Shown piece by piece: positions 50,447 to 63,462 of a stretch of DNA of 64,000 bases (position 1 is its first letter; each line of letters opens with the position of its first letter). This DNA is from Phoronis australis (taxonomy: Eukaryota > Animalia > Phoronida), in the NCBI GenBank assembly GCA_002633005.1, contig NMRA01000011.1, positions 439,395 to 503,394 of the forward strand. The letters run 5' to 3'. Made by a program: the position numbers and the translations under genes. The notes under the pieces were generated by a model. It was not told the DNA's origin, did not search any database, and was given only the letters and a program-made list of their open reading frames with translations.

Positions 50447-52793
50447 GTAAGTCCAGCTTGATGGCTTGTGTCCCGCTGGTGTAACGGTCTCTCTGACCAA
50501 CGTGTGTACGTATGCTCTAACTGTGAGTGATTGCATCTAGCACTGGTGGCCAGTTCCTTCAGTTGTTAAGGAGGAAAATGCTCCCTCTAGTGGTTAACTT
50601 GTAAAACGTGAGTTAATCCCCCTGATCTCAATCGTTTAGGGACCCGATTCAGTATACTTCAAAATGAGGATTTTTGTTATAAAGTCACACTGATGTGGAT
50701 TCGATTGAATTCCTCAAATTCTAGTGTTGTTTTCTGCTTAGTTCAGGAGTGTGACAGCATGAATTGAGACAAGTTCTCATTCCATGCCTTGACATATGTG
50801 CTTAATGTTGTGGCTTGTCACGTCATGACAGTCTCATTGGCTGCTCTATGCACCTTTAACTTGTCGGTCGAGGGATATTTTTGAAACGGCCATGTTGCAG
50901 ACCAGAACACATTTACCTTGCCCCAGGATGATTTCATATTTTGTTAGAGGATTGCGGGTGTAGCATTAATGGATGTTCAATGAATTAAAGACAACACTTA
51001 GTCTTTTAAACTGTTTATTTCATCTTAAGAATGATACTAGAAGTGATTATACAATTACTGCCCGCAAATCAAAAACATTTAAAGTAGGCAGATTAACAAA
51101 AGTACTAATACATAATTACAAAGGGCAATTTCCACAGTATAACAACATAACAGAATACATATGATATTGAACTATCTGATTACAAATACAAATGCTAAGA
51201 TGAATATTAAACAGACAGCACAGAAAGGCTATATCATTGAGACTTTTAAGTAAGGAAAGTTATAAGCTTGCTGTTGTAAGTGAAAGTGAATACTTTATCT
51301 ATTAGAAAAATTTTCAGATTTAAGTTAAGTTGTTGCGAAAAATAAAGTAAAAATGAAGCATGTTGATATTACGTGATATTTGAAGTGGAGGGTTCATCAA
51401 TAGTTGAATCAAGGCTGGTGTGCTGTTGAGAGAATTTGACTTTAAAGTTTGTTAAACGAAATTTGTGCAGGAAGTTCAAGAAGATGACTGTACACTGACT
51501 CACAGGATCTGTTTGTGCAGAACACTGCTTTTTTGTTACCATAATCAAGACATTACTTGTTATCTTAGTACATCTAATGCAGGGCAGTTGTTCATCTCCC
51601 TTAAGTCACCTTGAGCCAAAGACTTTCCAGGCAACAAGGTGTAGTTCATGGTTCATCAGTAACACTTCACTGAATAAAAATCAGCACTTCTAAAAGTGTA
51701 CATTGTGCATGTAATGAGGAGATGGCTAGGATGACCTCGCCTGACACCGTCAGTGTGGGATAAGCACCACTGAGGCTGTTGGAAATTTGGCTCTGTATTA
51801 CACCAATCCCCTCAACTGGTCAAGGAGTTGTTCTCCCTAGAACAGAGCGGATTTACTATGCCTTGCATATTACTGGGTATTACAAACTCTCGCCTATTTC
51901 AGACAAAAATAATAGCCAAAATAGCAATTGCTCAATTTCTCAAGGCCTTCTAACATTGAATGATCATAATTTTTCAAAAATTGTCTGTTAGTAGGTATGG
52001 CACAGAACTTGAATATGGAAAAGCATCATTCATCGAAAAATGAGAAAATAAAATGTCACGCATGCGTCATATTGTGTCCTACATTGGTAAGATCTTACCG
52101 TAATGAGCTGAAGCCTACACTGCTACACTGGACTACTCTTTCCCGGTGTTGCGTGAAAACAGTCATTTTAAGAATGCTTTATAGTTTCTGTTGTGCCAAA
52201 CATCAAAATGAGTTATACTCCTCAACACAGACTGCTTAGTAAGTGAGGTCCTATCAGTTAATTATACTTTTTCTTTTGGTCCCAAATGTTTGCCTGTTGC
52301 CTTGTGTTGACAGCGTTGTTTAAGCCCCGCCTTAGTTGTCAGTTGATGTCCAATGAGTTGCTGTTATGTGTGTTGGCCACACCTTAGTTGTCAGTCGATG
52401 TCCAGTAAGTTGCTATGTTCTGTGTGTCGGTCGTGCCTGAGTTGTCTTCCTGCATCTTGTTTTGTTTAAGGATCATCACTTTGTCTTGAAATCTTGTTGC
52501 ATGGTTACCTCACACTCATTGGTTTACCATCCCCTTCTCTGAATTATTGTAAACTGCTTCTGTCAGATTGTTTATCACATTTAAGTATTGTTGTTGTTTC
52601 ATTGAGTTCACATGTCAATTTATTTAATTCTTTACAACTTCAGCTTGTTCTTCAATTCAGTCTTTCAGTTTTTATATACCGTCCTGGACGACATTAATTG
52701 TGTATAGAAGTCTATGAAATTGTCCATAGTTGATGTTCACTGAAGGAATAAGGAATTAGCTAATCAGTTAAAGTATTATGTGAAATTTCTTAG

Positions 52794-52889
52794 AAACGTC
52801 CGTAAAATCTCAGTCGGAGCCTTCCACACCCGAGCAGAAGAAAGCTCCAATCAAATTGCTCGAGTCCCTGCAGTTGCCAACTGTCATAG
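52794..52889 (+). CDS. CaMKII: Candidate 96-nt variable-linker exon
   Basis: branch-like gctaat about 30 nt upstream; tttcttag|AA ACG TCC...GTC ATA G|gtaaga; phase 1-1, TSVKSQSEPSTPEQKKAPIKLLESLQLPTVI, no stop, GC-richer than flanks. Confidence 0.65.
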
Positions 52890-53254
52890 GTAAGAGTAGT
52901 ATGGTTATGCTGCATCACACTAACGCACACAGATCCTGAGTTTCTTGCTAACCAGTATTAGTAGACAGCAGAGACCCCTCCATATCGTTTAACAAGGAGT
53001 GCGACTGAATACTAAGGAGGAGCACAGCACTCCATGAAAAAAATAAGTAAAGCCTGTTTTGTCATTTGGTTGTAAGCGGGTTATACTGAACCTAGCAAAT
53101 CAAAGGATGCCTGCGGGTAGCTCTTTGTATCCTGTCGAAGGTTTTTCTCACATTTGTATTTCACCTTTAATCCACCGCAGGGCTGTTCTCCACATCCAGT
53201 TACCCCAAAACATTTATGTTGAAAATATCAATAATCATTTCAGGTAAACAAAAT

Positions 53255-53568
53255 GGCGAGTGAGTGCGCAGAGATGGGGTGGGACTAACAATTCTGCTGT
53301 GTTACGTGGTTGTGTGTGCAGAGAGAGTTACTACACCGCTGTGTTATTGAGTTATGAGTGTGCAGAGAGGGGGTGGAGTTAACACTCAGCTGTGTCGCGG
53401 GGGTTGTGAGTGCACAGGGTGAGGAAATGGGGCTAACAACACTGCTGTGTTATTGGGTTAGGAGTGTGCAAAGAGAAGGGGTGGGGGGTAAAAACACTGC
53501 TGTCTTATGGGGTTATCAGTGTGCAGAGGGAGGGGGTGTGGTTAACAACATTGCTGTGTTATGGGTTA
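53255..53568. repeat. G-rich satellite (unit about 50 bp), left part
   Basis: gagtgtgcagagagggggtggggctaacaacactgctgtgttatggggtta units. Confidence 0.8.
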
Positions 53569-56204
53569 TTATAAAATTTTCCAAATTTAGGACAGTGAAA
53601 AAATAAATGTTTTGAGCCTATCCTAAATTTTAGAAATAGGTACTATTGGCCATCCTAATTTCGAGAAATATGAGAAAGACGGCACAATCGACGGTTTCGG
53701 AAATCTTAGAAGCTATGCGGTTGGGTGCCAACATTTCGATTTGCGGTTTTGGACTGTTTGAACAGCCGTGCAGATTTATGATTGTTATTGCTGACAAGAA
53801 ATTCACACGATGTCCTCAATGTTACTGACTCCGAACAGAATCGACTCACCAAACTTTTTGATGGGAAATATATATACTTGTTGTGTAACACGCCTTGACT
53901 GGTCATTCACAATGTCCATTGGTACTCAACGTCTTCACATTAACTGTTCGCAAACCAAACACAAACGACACAACTGCAGTTAGCCTTGGTACAAAGCTGT
54001 ATATAAATATACAGCTTTGCACCGTTGTGGTTAAAAAAGTGGTAAGATAAAATCTGACACAAAATTAGTGTCGTTAAAAACTACAGTCTTCCTTGAGTAA
54101 ACAAAACTATTTAACAGTGTTGGAAAAAATGGCGTTCTACCGTTATTCTGCTGCTGAAAGTTGTGGAGCGATCTTTAATGACGGCTTTCGGCGCCATGAA
54201 ATATTGCGTCACCTATTGGCCAGTTTCTTTTTTCGCTGATTCTTCAATCAACTGCTGTTCTTTCACGAGCTTGCGTACACGTTACAACAAATTATTGGAA
54301 CTGGTTTCACTTCATTATAATTTTTTAGAATTCCGATACCGAAAAACCGAATTTCAGAACAAATTTTGCTTCTCCGAAGTTGTCGCGAAAATTTAGGAAA
54401 TGGCGCGTGCGCGTGACACGAGCGTATTGTTTTCAGAACAACGACATACTTTGCATTGTTAGGAAAGGCGGAGAGTTACGCAAGAAAATGACGTTTATTA
54501 CATTGTTTTTCACTTAAACGGCTGTAATGGGCAAGGTGAGTGTCGGTTGGCTCCCAGATTTTGCATGCACACCGTCCGGTCTTTAGCTTTACATGTTGAT
54601 ACAGGTTTCACGGCGCGGTGACTAGCAGAACTACCCTGGCTGTGTGCAATTTCGGGGTCTACGGAAGAAATACACGCAGTGGGACCTAGCTGTATTTTGA
54701 CGACAGTCATCATACAGCTAGCTAGCTGGCTAAACTGCAGTATATGTAACCCTGGTTTGTTTCTGGGGCAGCGCGTGCAACATACTTGCAAGTCACGTGT
54801 CACTCAAATAGACCTAAGCGAAACAGTGTTGCGACCAGCGAGATACATGTTAATAAGGACCCCACGGTCTTAACTCGATTACATGTCCGGGCATTTAATT
54901 GATAATTATAGAACTGTTGCTTTATGTGACTGGGGTATATTCAATCAATACAAGTTTGAAATTGTTATTTCAAAATATAGCTGTTTGCCAGATCGCAATT
55001 CAAACGAGGTTGAGCCGATGTAGTAACTAACCGCAAAACACCACCACGCGCAAGTAACTGTTCAAGTAGTCAGCTACAAATGCATTAGCTTAAAGCTAAG
55101 AATTTTAGACGCTAATTATGCTTTAATATAAAAGCACTTCATCCCGATAATCTCAGCCCTTGCATTCCTGGTACTTCTGTTGTAATTTTATCTGTCCTAT
55201 GTTCACTCCGGCCCGACAGCAGTGCCGTCCGCTCGTCAATAAATTCAATTTATTTTTTATGCACGTAGGCGGATTTAGATCGATCTCCACTATGGACCCA
55301 GGTTTCATTCAACAAATCACACGCCACGGGTCAAACAACCCATGAAAGTGACGGGGTACGGGTGGAAACGGAAAAACCTTGACTAAAGATTAATAGGTTC
55401 ACGCTCCGTTTGATATGGTTTCAAAATTCTAAACCTTGGTGCAAGAGAGCCCAAACATTTCGTGTAGAATACAAAATAGGCTAGTAAATAGAATGCGAGT
55501 AGGGGGACAAAGATATATTTGCAACATGAAATAGTTTAATGGAGGGACATGGATATTTGCTTTTCACAAAGTCTGTTTTAACTTGACACTGAACAAGATT
55601 GTTTCCCCGATTCGGTCGCATGCTATAGTGAAGGTCGGGGCGTCGGGAGGAAGGTAAGTGGCCGCAGGTTCACAGAAAAACATTGAATCCATGAACCTGA
55701 AATCTGACTTGATAACACAACGGTCTCATCACCGGTGCTTATTAATTAGCTGTTAATCCAAATTCAAAGCGTGACACTGTGGCGATTACGCAAAAGTCGG
55801 AGAACATACAGTTTATTTGCATAAGCTTGGCAAATGTTTTGAGTCCATGATTCCGCCGCCAAGAAAACGTTTGAGATATACACAAACCATCCACATCGAT
55901 AACTGTTGACTGCGCCATCAGTCAATACATTACACCGTCGGCAGTTTTAAACGATGTGTAAATAATCACCGTTGCTTGATGAACTTCCAGATTTACATTC
56001 AGTCCCCAATCATGCGGAAAAGCGCAGTCCTAAATGTGAGAATTATGGCCAATGCCACTAAAATTGATATGTTCGAAATTTGCGAAATATGGTAAATGCC
56101 AAAATCGACTGTGTCCCAAATTTCAGAATAAAAAAAATCACTTTGTGGTTAGATTTAGGTGTCTGAAATTCATGAGACTGTCCTAAATTCGTGAATTTTT
56201 ACCA
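53569..56204. mobile_element. 2.6-kb non-autonomous TA-flanked (Tc1/mariner-like) DNA transposon inserted in the satellite
   Basis: imperfect TIRs of about 28 bp sharing aatttaggacagt; removing it and one TA restores the satellite unit gggtTAtgagtgt; no transposase ORF. Confidence 0.7.
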
Positions 56205-56665
56205 TATGAGTGTACAGGGAGAAGGTGGGGCTAAAAACACTGCTTTGTTATGGAGATGTCAGTGTTCGTAGAGAGTGCGTGGGTTATAGTGTGCAGAGGG
56301 AGGTAGTGCGGCTAATAGCACTGCTGCGTTATGGGGATGTCAGTGTTCATAGAGAGTGTGTGGGTTATAGTGTGCAGAGGGAGGTGGTGCGGCTAATAGC
56401 ACTGCTGTGTTAAGGGGATGTTAGTGTTCATAGAAAGAGTGTGGGTGAAAAGTGTGCAGAGGGAGGTGGTGAAGCTAATAACACTGCTGTGTAATGGGGA
56501 TGTGAATGCGCTGAGAGAGGGCACGGGTCTTTCAACACTGCTGTGTCTGTATGGGGTTACGAGTGTGTGGGGAGAAGATTAACAACACCTCTATGTTCGG
56601 CCGGGGGATTACAAGAGTGCAGAGAAGGGGGTGGGGCTAACAACACTGCCGTGTTATGGGATGTG
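56205..56665. repeat. G-rich satellite, right part
   Basis: same unit as 53255-53568. Confidence 0.8.
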
Positions 56666-56699
56666 TGTTAAATTGTTACCTGGTGTAAATAGGGAGGTA

Positions 56700-56800
56700 A
56701 CTGAACCAAATGACTGAATGACTCAACCGAATGACTAAACCAAGTGACTCAACCGAATGACTAAACCGAATGACTCAACCGAATGACTCAATCGAATGAC
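56700..56800. repeat. 14-bp tandem repeat (about 7 copies)
   Basis: aaccgaatgactca/aaccgaatgactaa. Confidence 0.85.
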
Positions 56801-59064
56801 TTCTGAAAAAGATTCTAGAATACCATTGTGTATTTTGACTGTTGGGTGTGTTAGACTAGAAGGCATGGTTCATTAGTTTAGATCACTACCATAGGTAGCA
56901 CTGATAGTTTACGTTATTCACTCCAGGGGTCACCACCAAGTAACTGTGCACTTATTGAAGCTTCTTAATTCTCATGATTTGAGAGTAGTTCATAAAGTTC
57001 TCACTAATGTATCTAATCTGTTATTATACTTCACTTGTTCTCACATTTTTGCCATATTTCTCAAATTTTTGACTGTGTGTGTTTTCAATCTACAGAGTGG
57101 ATAATTTAGCCAGCTTTCTGGTGATTCTTGAATTGGTGATGAGAAAAATTGCCGGTTTCTAGAAGCAAGGAAAAACTGACCAAGAATAAGATAATTTTAG
57201 GCTGACCAAGTTGGAAAATATTTACTGGGTACCCCAAGTTGCTAATGGGACTGCTTCTTGCGACTGACCAATGGTCTCTAATAAAAAAATTGCCCAGCCA
57301 TTGATCTTGCTCTCTGACCATTGCATTAGTGTGGCCTCTATTTGATAGTACAGGTTAGTATTTTTGGTCATGCCAGATTTTTCAGTGCTGCCATTTGATT
57401 TTTCGGTGCTGCCTCTGGATTTGGTGGCACAGTTATTGTCTCCACCCCTTGACTAAAGTATAGCAGAGCAGGCAGTGTGTCCCAGATTCCTGTGTTACTC
57501 GGCCATAGCATATCTATCTTTTGCAATAATTTTCGAAGGCCCACATCTTTACGATTGGCTACATTGGAGAAACGGAAAAAGGTCAACTGCTATCCAAAAA
57601 CTATCTTTTTTTCTCCTAAATTTTTAGTGGTTCGTTAATGGCTTGGTGTTGGCCAACACTTAAATGTTGGTTGTTTGGAATGTTGAGCTGTTCATTTTGG
57701 CATGCTCACATCTGATGGACAGCAGGCCATGAGAGGCTGTTTTTTATGCGTAAATTAGGTTGGCACATGGTTAGGAAGATGAATGTATTCAACGTGCTGC
57801 GTGTGTGGGTGGTGAGGCATAAAGAAGGAGCTTGGAATAATTTTGTGATCAGATGATGGAAAATTGAGTGTCTGTGATCACACACTCCTGCTGACTGTCT
57901 TTGTAATGTGTTGGGGTGAGAAGTAGTTGGTCAACCATTTTACAAGCTCTTAGCTCCAAGTTGGTACTTAAGTAATTCTTGTATGTGGTGTCTGTTGTTA
58001 CCTGTTACTGTGTTCATGTGACTGGTTGGAGATATTGGTGATGCAAAAATGGTCAAAGGTAGGTGCAGTAGAGTTAAGGAACGTTTTGTACAACAGTCTG
58101 CAACGAAGTGAGATCTGGACAGCTACTGGGGTGGTCAGTTATAGAATCTGTCGCTGCCCTCCAGTTATTCTAGAGTTGACCATTGGACAACAATGGTGGT
58201 CTGTGATGAAGATCGTAAATGCCAAGACATCATTTCCTACACATACAATATGGTTTCTTTTTTCGCCTGTGTCAGACATAAATGTATCCGATCTAGTGTT
58301 GGGCTAAAAATGCTTTTTATTTCCTTACTTTGTTTTGCTGTCTTTCTATTTGTGACCTAAAGCTTGGTTTTGGTTTGACAATGCCTGTTCATTAAAGTTA
58401 TTTTCCATTTGAAAAATTGAGCCAAACTTGCAACTTGCTGACTTTCTGCCACATAAAAACTTGAAACTTTGCAAAACCAATCCTCACCCAAACTTCAAAT
58501 ACATCCCCACCCTGGATCATCGAAGCCTTGGTCTGCCCCTGCAGGAATGACAGTCAGCCATCTTTGTCCCACAAACATTGGTTGTGAACAAAAGCGTTCA
58601 GAGGATTCACTTCAGGTACATGCAATGCAGATCAACGATATGCAGAGCTGGAAAGAGAACAAGTGCCACTCACTGATACAGCATGTAGTGGACTTCAAGA
58701 TTAGATGAATACATGGGTGGATAAACCATAGACTATCATCAAGTTTTTATGGATAAACCAGCATAAAGTGAAAGAATTCAACTTCACAATGTTTTGTGAA
58801 CTAGATTTTATTTGATTTTCTTTCATGGTATTTAATGTGAATTAATTGAACATGAAACATTCGATGAACGAAATTAAGAAAGTGACCTTGCAACAACCTA
58901 AGACATCTGTGGTAATTGTCCACTTATCTAGCCCACACACCTCATTTTGCTCGCCAAAAATTAAATTGTTTTTAAAAATAAATTTTGTTCCTCACTTATT
59001 TCGCATATTGTTATTTGAGTAGCTCGCAAGAATTCCCTATCTTGTGATGTGTTGTCATGCTGAG

Positions 59065-60768
59065 TTTTTATGCGCCCACATATTGATATGTGGTCTCATA
59101 TTGCCGTGATCTCTGTCTGTCCGGCGTCCGCAGCTGTATCTCCTAAACCCCTCATATGATCTTGATGAGATTTGGCAGATGTGTTCCTATGAAGCTGACA
59201 ACATATGACAACGAATTTCAGGCCTCTCTGACTACCGGTGTGTCCCCTAGTGGCAATTTTATTTTTTTACGCTTACCTCTGTATCTTCGGATATCCTCAA
59301 CGGATTTTCATAAAATTTGGAAGTTAGACACCTATTAGTGAGATGATGCCATCCTACCGTTTTCAGACTGATTCAAGGTACTTTGCGCCACCTAGTGGCC
59401 ATTTATACTGTTTTCGGGTCTGTTTTTGCGTCTGCCGTTCTATCAACCGAACCGCTCTTTTTGGCGTCTGCCGTTCTATCAACCAAACCGTTCTAGGAGT
59501 GATTTTGAAAATTAGCATATATATTGATACTTTGAAGAGGGCGACTGAGGGTGGTTTTCCGACGACTTCGACAACTGTGGCGCCTCCTAGTGGCATTTTT
59601 GTTTGTTTTTGCACCCATGGCTGTATCTCCTAAACCTTTCAAAGGATCTTAATGAGATTTGGCAGATGTGTTCCCATGAAGGTGACAACAGATAACGACG
59701 AATTTCGGACCTCTCCGACAACTGGTGTGCCCTTTAGTGGCAATTTTAATTTTTTACGCTTACCTCTGTAGATTTGGAGGCTCTCAACGGTCAATGGATT
59801 TTCATAAAATTTGGCAGTTAGACATCTATTAGTGAGATGATGCCATCTTCCCATTTTCGGACGGATTCGGGTACTTTACGCCACCTAGTGGGCATTTTTA
59901 CTGTTTTCGAGTCTGTTTTTTGGCGTCCTCCATTCTATCAACCAAACCACTCTAGGTGTGATTTTGAAAGTTGGCATATATGTTCTTACTGTGAAGAGGG
60001 CGGGCGACAATGATTTTTCGATGACTTGGAATACTATGGCGCCTCCTAGTGGCAGTTTTGTTTGTTTTTGCGCCTATGACTTTATCTCCGAAATGCTCAA
60101 CAGGATCTTTATTGAATTTTGCTGGTGTATTTATATGAAGTTGACTACAGAGAATGACGACTTTCGGACGTATCGGGCTACCAGTGTGCCACCTAGTGGC
60201 AATTTTAGTTTTTTACGTTTACCTCTGTAAAAATAAAGGATCGTCAATGGATTTTCATAAAATTTGGCAGTTTAAGGCATCTGTTAGTGAGGTGACGCTA
60301 TCATCCGGTTTTTGGTAAAATTCGAGGCATTTTGTACCACCTCGTGGCCATTTTTACTGTTTTCGAGTCTTTGTTATTTGACGTCTGTCTTTCTGTTAAC
60401 CAAACCACTCTAAGGATGGTTGTGGAAATTGGCATTTATGTTCCTAGTGGGAAGAAGAAGTCTGACGATGATTTTCCAACGACTTCATCTACTTTGGTGC
60501 CTCTCTGTGGCAGTTATGTTTTTTTTGCGCTTATAGCCTCTTAGTGGCAATTTCATTTTTTCATTTTCCTCTGTTTTCTCAGAAGTTCCTTGACAGGTTT
60601 TTATGAAATTTGGTAAATAGCTTTGATGACACATACAAGTTCTCTGATGGATTCGCCATATTTTGTGCCATCTGGTTGCAAATTTTTATGTTCCAAATAA
60701 ACACCCCTAGAAGCACAACGTTAGCAGTGCATTTGTGTGCGCATTTCAACACTCCACGTTGCTCTTGT
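59065..60768 (+). mobile_element. HINE/Helentron-like family A copy with expanded internal repeats (about 1.7 kb)
   Basis: 5' tttttatgcgcccacatattgatatgtgg; internal block repeated (gctgtatctcctaaacc at 59133 and 59620); 3' gtgtgcgcatttcaacactccacgttgctcttgt. Confidence 0.8.
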
Positions 60769-61110
60769 ATCATATGTAAGAATAACACGGTCTTGTAGAA
60801 GATAATGCTCACTGGTCTTTTAAAGGGTCAGATTTGGTTTAACACTGGAAAGTGCTGTTAGAGATTGTTATTGTATGGGAGAGATTATGACCATAGCTTA
60901 ATGAAACAAAAACTGTGTTTGTCGATGGCAGGCTGTGACTGCTCAATATTTGTTAATATTTTGTTTTAATATTTATTACTGTGTCAGTATAAGTCTTCTC
61001 CTTCAATTTATCCATGTATTTTGCTGAATTCCGTACCTAAACAAAAAATCATTGAACATATGCAAAATAAGATTCTTCTATTGCTCTCAGAGTCCTGCCT
61101 TTGTTCGGAA

Positions 61111-62350
61111 CAAGAATCAAGAAACTCTATTTAATGACGTTTGGAGAACAGACTAACATTAGCCGGTTGGGCTATTTCTACGACATTAAATTTAACAGAA
61201 ACATGAACAAAATTAAACTTAAGCTAAAGGTGAAGAATAACACAGATATATAAGTGTAATTAAAAGTTAAGTTGTCGTAATCGCTGAAGTATAGACTAGC
61301 GGGTCTAATGAGCATAAACGATAATAGGTACACGTGTAAATGCTATAATTTAGATAAATCGTAAGAGAAACGATGATATACACTAATGACTGCATATTAC
61401 CTGGAGTGTTTACAAAGAGAACAGCTGCATTCGGGGCCGGTCCAGGTCCGGATCAGTCCACGGAAAATAGTGAAAGACTCTGTTGAGTGCAACATATTCG
61501 GCAGACTGTTCCAGACCGAGCAGCCTTGAATCGAAAAGATTTTTTACCATATTTGACAGATTTAACTTGAGGAATATCTAGAAGGTTGCTGTAGCGAAAG
61601 GAGTAATTGTTTTCTTGTTTCTTTAAAAGTGAAAGAAGTGTCTTGGGTGATAAGCCATAAAGGATTTTAAAAATTTCTATTGCAATAAGTCGATGTCTGT
61701 GTAGATGAAGTGTTAGTTTGTTAGCTAGTGAGAGTAGTTGTTCGTGCGTGCTAATGCCGTCGTTAACAAAACTTAGGGCTCTGAGTTGAAGTTTTTCTAG
61801 TTAGAGTGTATTTTCTTTCAAGTAAAAATGCCATGAGAGGGGCAGTAGTTGAAATTTGAAAGGATGAAGGAGTGAAAAATGGCTAGTCTACCGTTTATCA
61901 TTAGGTGGTTACCCGGGTGAGAAGTTTATACATTTGACACGCTTTTGAGGGTGTCAAACGTGTTAAACATGTAAAAAAACGTGTAATACATGTCAAAATT
62001 GCCACGCTAACGTGTAAATCGTGTAAAAACACGACACGCTAGCGTGTAAAATTTTACATGCTAGTGTGTCAAACTTTTAAAATTTGCCACGCCAGCATAT
62101 CAGACGTGTAAATTGTGACACGGTAGCGTGTCAAATGTGTAAAATTTGACACGCTAGCATATCAGACGTGTAAAATTTTACACGCTAGCATGTCAAACAT
62201 GTAAAATTTTGACATGCTACATTTTACACATTTAACACGCCACGTTTGACACGCTTTTAGGGCTTTCCAATACTCCACGTTTTAGAGCATGTCAAACGTG
62301 TCAAATTCTCACCCGGGTATTTGCTGTGAGGCTTTTTTGCAAATGTCCGA
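61111..62350 (-). mobile_element. 5'-truncated, decayed L2/CR1-group LINE (ORF2 C-terminus plus 3' UTR)
   Basis: minus strand reads DICKKASQQ..RLAIFHSFILSNFNYCPLSWHF..EKLQLRAL..IAIEIFKIL..KYGKKSFRFKAA..WNSLP..WTGPECSCSLCK, stop at 61397-61399; has an internal stop and frameshift; ttcttg-type tail near 61111. Confidence 0.8.
61912..62317. mobile_element. MITE with CCCGGG termini and internal repeats, inserted in the LINE
   Basis: TA|cccgggtgagaa ... ttctcacccggg|TA perfect 12-bp TIR; interior of acacgctagcgtgt(c/a)aaa repeats in both orientations. Confidence 0.85.
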
Positions 62351-63428
62351 TCAGCGGATACTGGGTCACCTTGCGATAACTCCGCTGAATTAGTTGTCCT
62401 AATCAGTCCAAAGATGATGGGAATGTTAACATCAAAGCTTCAATAGCAGCAGCAGTAGCCGAGTTATGGGAGAGGCTCTTTACCCTGCTAAAATGTTACA
62501 GTTCACCATTATATTCACACTAATTGTGCTTCATAACATACTCGTCATTATCATAGCCTAATTAGCCCTGTCACTCTTCATTCATATTTGATTTATTGAG
62601 CCAAGTGCTTGATAATAAGCAGATTTTAGAGGGGTTTTTGCATTCTCTTAACTATGTAATGTATAGCAGGAACTACATGACAATGCTCTTTAACATAATC
62701 TATGCTAAACAAAGTGTAATTATATTCACTGACAATTCGTAAATTTGAAAACTGAAAAATCTGCAAATAGTTGACCTTTGCACTAACGATGTGCCTCGCG
62801 GGCTCATGCAGTGTTAGCCCCCAATAACCATATAAGGACATTTACTGGACACGGTTCGGTGATTCAAGGTAGATTTTCGCCACAAAACTCGTTCTTGAAA
62901 ACATTTGGAATTTTTCAACCTACTTCATAATTTACATCACCATCATAATTGTGTTGTGTCCCTAACTAATTTAGCCGTGCAATCACAAAGATAAGGAATT
63001 AGCCTGCAAATTCAGCTTTAAATATTTTTAATTAGAAGAACTTGTTTTTTAATGTGTTTAGCTGATCTGTCAACATTTGGTTGTCTGTAGTGTTTGCCTT
63101 GTTTTTTGTGTACATCATTAAAACCTTCCCTATAGACTACAGTGGGCCACTGTGACGCGTCTTATAAAATCACTTGTACGAGCATTTTTGGGGGAGTGGA
63201 GGCAAACATGATTTCTATGTTTGATATCACAAAAAAGGTAAAGAAGTCTCCATATCTAAAGTTGTACATTTCCATGAAATTTGACTTCTAAATTTGGCTA
63301 GTTCGGCAAATTGGGCATGGATTAGAACATATTTAAAAACAATCAAATTAAATGTCTATAAAATGTGATACTGCAATTGATATATCTATGGGTTGCATCA
63401 AGACAAGCACATTAGACACATAACCTGT

Positions 63429-63462
63429 AACCAGTCTGTAAATAAGTATTTACAGACTGGTT
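63429..63462. repeat. Perfect 16-bp palindrome with 2-nt loop
   Basis: aaccagtctgtaaata-ag-tatttacagactggtt. Confidence 0.9.

Noticed and set aside
50960-51430. A-rich stretch resembling an antisense retroelement 3' end
   Set aside because: No convincing protein motif could be read
55629-55653. 25-nt exon-like segment with strong donor
   Set aside because: Not a multiple of 3, weak acceptor, lies inside a transposon
57096-57120. Good acceptor ttttcaatctacag in the linker region
   Set aside because: In-frame TAG after a few codons and no convincing donor
58545-58615. Exon-like segment cag|GAATG...CAG|gtacat
   Set aside because: 71 nt, frameshifting, weak donor, no hub-domain similarity
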